DNA of 27,703 nucleotides from Adineta ricciae (Eukaryota): NCBI GenBank assembly GCA_905250025.1, contig CAJNOJ010000073.1, positions 110,175 to 137,877 of the forward strand, read 5' to 3'. Shown piece by piece: positions 19,685 to 27,703 of this stretch (position 1 is its first letter; each line of letters starts with the position of its first letter). The notes under the pieces were generated by a model. It saw only the letters and a program-made list of their open reading frames with translations, ran no database searches and was not told where the DNA came from. The position numbers and the translations under genes were made by a program.

Positions 19685-21232
19685 GCGCGATAAAAAAAAG
19701 AATCCAAACTCAAATAGATTCATTTCCTCTACTTAGTGAATTGCATGTTTTATCAGAAAAACCTATTGGAAAATACAAACGCAATTGTTGTTTTGTATCA
19801 AACTATAATAAATGCAACCTCTTCACTATTATTATCTGTATTGCATTTTAACTTGACGAGATTCAAAGAAGAACGACTTTTGTACAAATGAATTCACCTA
19901 TTTAAAAACTATTCATCTTTAGAGTTACATAAAGACATAAGAAACGTTTATTTGGTCTTATATACGTATTTTGGTAAAACATTAGTTCTAAAATAGCTGA
20001 AAATACTGATCAGATTTGATATAGTTGAAACTCAGACAAAGGCCTTAAATAGTTTTTGGATAGATATACTTGAGATACTTGTACTAAATAGTATCCATGT
20101 GTTATATTCAGGTATAATCATTTATGATCTCTCAAATCGTTGGGGCATTTAACAACTCGCAGTATTACGATCATTCAGCTACAACATTCTAATGAATAGA
20201 TTTTTTCGTCTGGTTATAAAATTTACCAAGACAGATTGTTTACTTACACATTACTAACAATCAATATAGGCGATAAATAGAAGTCTTCTAGCTACATCGC
20301 TCGTAGTTTATCGTCAATATGAGCATCTGGAGAAGTTTGAAAATTTGTGAAGTTATCAGACATTTCCAGTACTCGTGAGACTCATATAAATCGACCAGTA
20401 AAGGCTACATGTCGACCGAAATTAGAAAGTTTCTCTATACAGATAGGATAGACTATTCCATTCAATCTTAATATGATCATCATCAGATCGTTCAAGGGAA
20501 TTACTGAACTACGATCATAAGGTAAGTAGTTCGAATTTAACGAAAGGAAGAAGAATAAAAAAATATGTAATGCTATATATTTGAGCCGACCGCGCGGAGA
20601 TAGTAGATGATAGTGAGATAGATGGCCGAGATAATATACCACTATGATGGAGAACTGTTTCTTTTAAACTGCTAATAACAAGGTTATCCACAAGCCGCGA
20701 CTTCAGCCAGTGTGAGGAAACCTAGTAAAAAGTCTGACTTTCGGCGTTCAATTAAACCTATAATACCAATGTTCTCTCACACCGTTATTTACCGGGGTTT
20801 CGATCGAAAATTTTTTTCATGGGGACAAGGTGACATGTCATCTACAATTATATAACGACAGGAAATCGGTGCATCGAAATGTTAAAATGCAAACTATGTT
20901 TATCCGACGTCATCTCCGGAAAAAAGATACTCTCCTGAAGGAAATTTCTCTCTTTACACTTCACTATCAACTGCACAGAAATAAAGCACATCCGTTTGTC
21001 TTAAAGCTCGACAGAACAAAGAAAAAGATAGATCATCGTTGCATTATACCCTTTTAAGAGCAGGAAATGTTGTTTATATTTTGCTCTCACTCTGCTCTCT
21101 TCGCTTAACAAAGGAAAGTATAAAACGTCTTGTGTTTCATCTGTCTTCCTCTCGTTCCTCTATAATTTATTCGAACATCCAACACCTTCACCGGTTGAGA
21201 CAGTGCGCAATTGGATCATTTTGAAAAAGAAG

Positions 21233-24200
21233 ATGCTCTACGGTCTTCTACTGGAAAGTTGCCGTGATGGAATTATAGTTGCTTATGGACATGAGACATG
21301 GAAAAGGATCGTACAAGAACTTGGTTTTCAACATGAAACATTTACCAGACTTGGTAGATACAATGAAGATACCCTTCAAAGAATCGCGGAATGTGAGTTC
21401 ATTTTGTTTTCTTTACGTTTTGTACGGTACAAACAATCTATAATCTAAGATCTATATATTTTCAAACTCTATTTAGATCGTGAGAAACGCTTAACGTTGC
21501 TTTGCAAGAAGGACTTCGGAAAATCTTTTCTTCAGACGGAGACCCTCAAATATAAGATGATTTTTTAATTTGTTTCGTTTTCAATTATCACACGCAAAAG
21601 ATCTCAGTCGATTATAGAGAATAATTAAAAATAATAATGTAGAGATTCGAAGTTATAGTCTTACCGTAATTTAATACTTAATCTGTTCTGTTATGTAAAC
21701 TAGCGTAGGATAAGGCCGTATAAGAAAGGAGAGAACCTAGATATGTGATACTCGAATTAAGGAAAAACAGAAAAATTTAGCGTCTAAAACGCACCGTGAT
21801 GTGTGACGGCGATTTGTTCTATTTAGGCTTGACTAGTGTTATGCGTGAAGGTTCGCCTGATTACTACATGGAGTTCTTTGGCAAGTGTTTCATTCGATAC
21901 TTTACAACTTACGGTTACGATAAGATTTTACGAGTCGCTGGCAGACATTTTGGAGATTTTCTTCATGCAATCGATCAATTGCATGATTCAAATCGGTTTT
22001 CCTACCCACAAATGAAGTCACCATTGTTCAGTGTTGCAGAGGAAGATGAACGTGGAGTTGTGATGATGTATAAGTAAGTCCACTCAAATAAGTCTCCCAT
22101 CTGTTTGTACTCTTATTTTTCCAAGAACACGCCGTCGTGGTTTTGAACACTATGTTGTCGGGCAACTCCGTGAATGTGCGAAGAAATTCTACGATCAAGA
22201 TATTCAAGTAACGGCACAAGAAGATCTGTCAACAAGTGAATGTGAGTATTTCAGAAGAAACATATTTCCATTCTTAATCAGAGTTCACGTTTCATTTTAG
22301 ATACTCGGATCATGTTCCGAGTAGACTTTAATAATCACGTCATAAAACAGACGACTTCTCATCTAACAAAACAGCTTTCGCTGACAAACGTTACAGGCTC
22401 GACGTTTTTCAAAGTAAGTTTCGACTGAACGAGTTTCTTCTGTCACGTCCAATAACCCAGCGCTCTTTTCTTAGATTTTTCCATTCTGTGTCGTGATTGA
22501 CTCGGAGATGCGAATCAGTCAACTTGGACCGCGTCTTCAAAGTTTGTTCACTGATGACAGCCGTGTCGTCGGTAAACACATTAGTGATGTCTTTACTTTG
22601 GTTAGGCCTGACATTCTGCACATCGAATGGGAAAAGGTTTCCATTTTTCACTTTAACTGTCTCTGAAATCACCTGTCTTATATGATCTTCTTCATTTTCA
22701 GTTTCTGAAGTACGGAAAGTCGGTTATCTTCGTTATGCAGAACTGTATTCCTTTGAAACCAGAACTGAACAAGCTGGCAAAGAATCGTACAATAAAGGAT
22801 CAAAATACAAATAATGGTAAATCTCCATCGACTAGTGCCGGATCAATTAAGTTAAAAGGCCAAATGAAATACATTCCATCATGGAACAAATTGGCCTTCC
22901 TTTGTCACCCAATGTAAGTCTATTTTGTTCGAAGAGACGACATGATGAAAAGCTGCGATAGCTACTCAGCGTTGTAACCAGCTCGACAGTAACATATTTC
23001 TTGTTTGTAGGCTGAGTACAGTAGAAGAGATGCTTTCTATTGGATTATATCTCAGCGATTTGAACTTCTACGATGGTAGTAGCGAAATTTTGATCAGTGG
23101 TATTCAGCATGCAAGGCAATTGCAAGCAGCAATCGACAAAGTAAGAGAGCGTTCGATTTTCGTTAGATCCATATTTAAAGATCTTTTACTTCAGCAACAT
23201 GCATGGATAACGAAATTACAACATTCAAGAAATGAACTACGTCAATATCGTGAAAAGGGGAAACGTCTTCTCTATTCACTAATGCCGCGGCATATTGCAA
23301 AGATGCTACAGCAAGGTGTACTTGCAAATTCCATCTGCGAAGTAAGTTCTTCGTGAAAAGAAGCAAACAATTTGTCTTTGATATTCGTAGTCACACAAAC
23401 TGTTAACCGTTCTCTTTGGGTACTCGATTGATATGAAAGAAATCATTCAAAAAATGTCGCCAGAACAAGTCGTGGATTGTATCAACAGAACAGTCAATGT
23501 CTTTGACACATGTTCAGATAAATTCGACGTCTACAAAGTTCGCTCGGGCGAAAAGCCATTGTATTCAACGAATCAATCTCTTTGTGTTCATTTTAGGTTG
23601 AAACAAAGGCTGATTCGAGTTATTTGATTGTAGCTGGTATTCAAGATCGGAATGCGTATAGCAATCGACATAATTCAAACGTGGTAAGTTTGACTAATCG
23701 CGGAATCGGGCAAAGTAGTGTTCGTAGAGTCTCAATACAACGTCTTCATCGATCGGTGATGATCCCAATACTTCACGCAGTCGTTCGTCCAGCACGAATC
23801 ATCTACAGAATGAGGTGGGAGAAGAATATGTCGAGAGCGCACGCAAGAGTAACCTCGCTCGTCAAAACTCAAAGAATCCGTACAATTTTAATCAAGCCGA
23901 AATTATCTGTGCACTTGCTCTCGAGTTACTGACTGCTTCACGATCCATGATCAATCCGTTAACAAGACAACCATTTCGAATGAAATTCGGTAAATCTTTT
24001 ACGATATAATCAAAACTCAGGTGTCCCTTATTTGTAAGAACAGGTTTTCATTCGGGCCCAGCTGTTGGTGGAATTGTTGGCCATCGTAACTACCAGTACT
24101 GTCTCTTCGGCGATACAGTCAACACAGTGAGTCTATGCTTTACCGAAAGACACAAAAGTAACTATCTATTTCTCAGGCTAGTCGCGTGGCAACATGTGGT

Positions 24201-24718
24201 GAAGTAGGTTTTCCCCTGTTTATCTTCTAAAATTTCATTTCTGATTGCTGACTCAGATTGGAAAGATCCAGTTTAGTGCTGCGTCTTACGAACTCTTGAA
24301 GGATTCAATCTACTTTGAAACAGTTTGCCGAGGGAAAACTGAAATGAAGGTTAGTTCATCTCTTGGTATACATCGCTTATCTAAAACTTTCGAATAGGGC
24401 AAAGGTTTCATGGAGACTTACTATCTCCTCGGTCCAACGCCGGTTTATCTTTCACTTCTCGAAACAACCAGAAAACAGTCCATTAACGTTTATAATTCTC
24501 AGATAGAAAACCAGGAAGAACTTGTTAAACTCGATTCGGACGTTCCTATACATACCAATCCGAAAGTGCCTGATATCATGTTTGATGATGATGATGATGA
24601 CCTGAGCGAACGAATGTCAATTTTAACTCAAACGAGTCCTTCAGTAAAACACAACGTCATCAATAAAATGGCAGAAAAACAATTATCGTGTCCATTTAGT
24701 TCAACTGCCTTCTTGTAG
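21233..24718 (+). CDS. Soluble guanylate cyclase beta-like subunit of about 759 aa (14 exons), with H-NOX haem domain, H-NOXA/PAS, coiled coil and class III cyclase domain.
   Basis: Exons 21233-21392, 21827-22073, 22126-22241, 22301-22413, 22475-22636, 22702-22913, 23011-23341, 23391-23537, 23597-23683, 23809-23989 (alternative acceptor at 23869), 24044-24126, 24177-24203, 24257-24349 and 24398-24718. All phases are consistent. Collinear with human GUCY1B1: [27 protein letters not shown] vs [25 protein letters not shown]; [23 protein letters not shown]; [10 protein letters not shown] retains the proximal His (beta1 H105); [11 protein letters not shown] vs FPFHIIFDRDL; [20 protein letters not shown] vs [28 protein letters not shown]; [14 protein letters not shown]; FDVYKVET; [32 protein letters not shown] (GAT)5 run encodes a DDDDDD stretch in the C-terminal extension. 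AATAAA at 24857-24862. Confidence 0.85.
24584..24601 (+). repeat. (GAT)5-GAC trinucleotide run encoding poly-Asp in the sGC C-terminal tail.
   Basis: GATGATGATGATGATGAC lies within exon 14 and is translated as DDDDDD. Confidence 0.8.
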
Positions 24719-24908
24719 ACTCCTACCGCTGATTCCATTCGTTTCTTTTTTGTATAGTAAGAATATAATATACCTGCGTTTTGCATTGTATCACAGCTAT
24801 TTCTGTCGCTCCGCTACCCTACTTAAACTCGTATTTACTTCTGCTCACCTACATAAAATAAAATCGATTTAGAAGCTGCAAAATGGTTGCTTTTTCTTTC
24901 TGATTTTT

Positions 24909-24914
24909 TTTATT
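24909..24914 (-). terminator. AATAAA polyadenylation signal candidate for the sulfotransferase gene.
   Basis: TTTATT on the plus strand lies 36-41 nt downstream of the minus-strand stop at 24950-24952. Confidence 0.3.
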
Positions 24915-24949
24915 GGTTTTGAACGAATACACAGATAAAGACGATTTCA

Positions 24950-25819
24950 TCATTCTGTCAATTCACCCGTCAGAATCCAACGAGCGCCTTCGTCATCTAA
25001 TTCTTCTCTAACGCGTTTTTGATAATTCGTACTATCCTCATCTGTTAGGATACCTTTCCATTGATTATTTGTTCCTTTACAGAAAAATGTTCTCGCACCA
25101 CCGACATACATTGTATTGTCCACCATTCTATCAGCATTTGCTTGCATATAATCGAACGAGCAATGTTGTAAAATATCATTCCATCGCGAAGGATCAATAT
25201 CGATATCGAGAAACGTTGCAATTCGTTTGATTTCATTGGGTAAGTCTGTTTTTAGTTGATAGTAATGAATGAAAAGTATGTTTGCTAAATGGCGCATGTT
25301 CCACCATGATCTCAAATGTGCAAAGAAGGACATATTTGAATTACCCAAGATTTCATTCTGAAAAACTTCATGAACTGAATTCGGTTTCTTTGAATCTGTA
25401 ACCGTCATATTAATTTGGTGGTTGTAAGAACTACATGCAACATCCCGACCATCTCGAGCGACAAAAATGTACTTGGCTTGCAGAGAATAGACTAGTGCAT
25501 GGAAAGGTAAATGAGTTTTAATGAACCTTCGATGTGTTTGCTGTTCGAGTTCTTGCAGAAGCTTTTCGTCTGAACCGAATAGATCTTTATTGAAACGAAA
25601 GTCAAGCCATGGGGAAATACGATTGATTTGGATGTTTTCTACTCCGTTGAATATCAATTGAGCAATGATTTGTTGCATCCATGTCGTGCCACATTTTGGA
25701 AACGTGTCAATAACGATATCACCATCGCGATATTGAAAGTCATTCCAGATCCTTGAATCAAACCAGAAATGTTCAAGCTCAGTCTGTTTAGTTGGAGAGA
25801 ACTGCGTGCCGTTACTCAT
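24950..25819 (-). CDS. Cytosolic-type PAPS-dependent sulfotransferase (SULT family), intronless, 289 aa.
   Basis: 5'-PSB loop TFPKCGTTW (compare TYPKSGTTW). 3'-PB motif RDGRDVACS (compare RNPKDVAVS). C-terminal FCKGTNNQWKGILT (compare RKGxxGDWKxxFT). Continuous ORF with a stop at 24950-24952. Confidence 0.9.
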   Translation of the reverse strand: MSNGTQFSPTKQTELEHFWFDSRIWNDFQYRDGDIVIDTFPKCGTTWMQQIIAQLIFNGVENIQINRISPWLDFRFNKDLFGSDEKLLQELEQQTHRRFIKTHLPFHALVYSLQAKYIFVARDGRDVACSSYNHQINMTVTDSKKPNSVHEVFQNEILGNSNMSFFAHLRSWWNMRHLANILFIHYYQLKTDLPNEIKRIATFLDIDIDPSRWNDILQHCSFDYMQANADRMVDNTMYVGGARTFFCKGTNNQWKGILTDEDSTNYQKRVREELDDEGARWILTGELTE

Positions 25820-27703
25820 TATCGTATCAAATACGTGAAACGGTTTAGTTTTGTTTATGACAAATGAAAAAGTAGACGTTTTTGTTATATACTAACGAGA
25901 TAGCATAATTTACATAGAAAACGTAAGATAGATCGAGAGAACATTTTTCATTCTCTGATAACATGACGAATATAGAAGAACAAAATGAAAAAAAAACAAT
26001 CCTGTCATACGTGATGATTCAAGTCTCTATACGTATGCATATTTTCGTTCTTCAATGAAATGCATCTATATCAGAGCAGAGCTTGTTATTGTTCTTCTCT
26101 TTCAGGATGACGTTATGTCATGACTTTGTTCGTTTATATCTGTATCGATAATAGAGCTTAAGGTAACCTTTAACAGTAGCATAATCTTCGCATTTAAGCT
26201 TCTGCTCGTCAAAAGACTTTGAGCTGAGAGTATCCAGTCATGTGGTGAATATTCATAACTTGCAGTAAAGAGCATTTGACGGTATTCACAAATAAAAGTA
26301 CTTCCTTTTTTTAATGATCGTCAAAGGTATTGATATACAAATGGAGATGGTGCTGATGAGCTAAGGAGCATTATCTAGTCGTTTAAAGATTAGTTTGTCA
26401 ATTTGTCAGCACATCTGTCGTCGACTTTGATATGAAGGCTTAGAAGTAAAAAGATATACAATTGAATAAACTGCAGCGCAGAAGAGTCTATGGTTTTCTT
26501 TTGAAAGTTAAGTCAAATTAATCAGAAAAAAATCATATAAAAGAGAGTATATCTGTACCGTTCAGGATTGAGTTTCATATTTCTTCTGGGTACTATAAGT
26601 AATCTAGTGAGTGTGATAACGTTCTTGCAATTGACGCTACGCGCCGTTTCAACAAGCTATCTGTTCTAGATTTTGACAGTTTGGTATTTAGTATTCACTA
26701 CCATTCATCGATGGTTTATGAACGCGATATCCATTCAAAGCCAATACGTGATGTACATATCGAAATGTTGCATTAGCCACTTTATTTACAACAATTATCG
26801 GCGTTGCTTAACATAGTCATATACTAAATGCCGTTTTCTTTAGCGGTTCATCCCCGGGCATTACAGCTTACGCATGTGAATCCGTCGATTCTTTTAGCTC
26901 ATGTACGAAATTACATTTTGTATCATGAACTTTTATCCAAGTAGACAGCAAATTTGATTTGCTCAACAGTCAATCTTTCATTTCTATTTTAGGTCCTTTG
27001 TAACTGTCTGATCCCAGTCACTTTGATGCTTATTGGCAGTTTGGATATTCGTCGAGCAATTCATTAGCCTATATAAATCTCGTATTCAATCATCTTAATC
27101 ATACAATGCACGTTGAAAACATTTACATAAGCATATGTTAATTCTAACGGTAGCCAGTATTCTCGTCTTTTATGCCACAACATTTACGTGTTAGTTTCGG
27201 TCGAATTCTTGGAACATACCAAGTTTTAACAGGCGCGGCTCGTAGTTCACAGCAGATTTTGCTACGAATTTGTATGATCATCCGATTCAAACTCAACTAA
27301 TTCGTCACGCACCAACTGCAATGAGAATGTCTCTTAAACATCAAAGTTAATAAGACGTTCGAAAAGGAAAAATGCATATTTCGATGTTGTACTGTCTATG
27401 TTAATAAAAACATGCGCATCATCCGAGTAGAGCAACAAACAAAAAAAAATGTGCTATTCTATAAATATGCACGAACTGGTTGATACTAAACCCTTGTCTT
27501 TTTTATAAGTGTTCGTTCGTTTTCTCCCTGCTTGCTCAACCAGTATAGTTGTTAAAAAACCTTTCTATTGCATTGCATGTAGCTTTTTTTTCTGTTTTTT
27601 CTTGCGTGGCAAATATCATAATAGACGTGATTTTCAGTTTTGAATTCACAAATACATGGGCGCGCTTCGCTTCAATAAATGCTTGTTGAACAATGTTCGC
27701 CAC

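Noticed and set aside
21487-21560. Candidate extra sGC mini-exon ([20 protein letters not shown]...) between exons 1 and 2.
   Set aside because: It has an acceptor but no GT donor in frame, and it ends in a stop. Exon 1 joins exon 2 directly in phase ([26 protein letters not shown]) and matches GUCY1B1 better.
25045-25236. 63-aa minus-strand ORF inside the sulfotransferase gene.
   Set aside because: It is an alternative frame of the same strand within a CDS whose main frame carries all the SULT motifs.
1-27703. Reading the window as a prokaryotic operon or gene cluster, with each track ORF treated as a separate gene.
   Set aside because: Long protein homologies (MVP, sGC, SDR, NmrA, MRH receptor) are split across several ORFs. 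They become collinear only after removing GT...AG segments of 47-430 nt with consistent phases. The sequence has AATAAA signals and no Shine-Dalgarno-type spacing. The ORF track also starts some ORFs at GTG or TTG, which are not real initiators here.
1-27703. Searches for tRNA-like T-loop/acceptor patterns, rRNA, CRISPR-like direct repeats, and LTR/TIR transposon ends.
   Set aside because: None found. The only repeats are short microsatellites ((GA)12, (GAT)5, (TA)5-6, (AATG)3) and homopolymer A/T tracts.

Overview
This window is eukaryotic rather than prokaryotic. It is AT-rich (roughly 62-64% AT by eye) and gene-dense. Several long protein homologies are split into blocks, and the blocks join only through short GT...AG introns. 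Most introns are 47-72 nt; the longest are 125, 131 and about 430 nt. AATAAA motifs follow the stop codons. I can support 13 protein-coding genes. I found no rRNA, tRNA, CRISPR array or recognisable transposon.

Genes from left to right:
- A small secreted Cys-rich peptide (minus strand).
- An RDH11-14-like short-chain dehydrogenase with an N-terminal membrane anchor.
- An intronless protein that fuses a WWE domain to an R-S-ExE (cholera-toxin/C3/ecto-ART type) mono-ADP-ribosyltransferase domain.
- A type II membrane glycoprotein with an unassigned beta-sandwich-like ectodomain.
- An NmrA-like NAD(P)-binding protein.
- An intronless type I Baeyer-Villiger monooxygenase.
- Two small hypothetical ORFs.
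- An MRH-domain (mannose-6-phosphate-receptor-homology) type I membrane protein.
- A 413-aa orphan protein.
- A 6-exon major vault protein (MVP) homolog. It keeps the N-terminal MVP repeat domains but ends in a two-helix hydrophobic hairpin instead of the shoulder and cap-helix domains.
- A 14-exon H-NOX soluble guanylate cyclase beta-like subunit.
- An intronless cytosolic-type sulfotransferase (minus strand).

The most unusual items are the WWE-ARTC fusion, the membrane-hairpin MVP with an operon-like downstream gene, and a run of intron-poor, bacterial/fungal-type redox enzymes. The BVMO is a type not normally found in metazoan genomes. Intron size, density and gene content resemble a bdelloid-rotifer-like compact metazoan genome; that is inference only. 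The first ~2.6 kb holds ORF fragments I could not assemble into a clean gene model.
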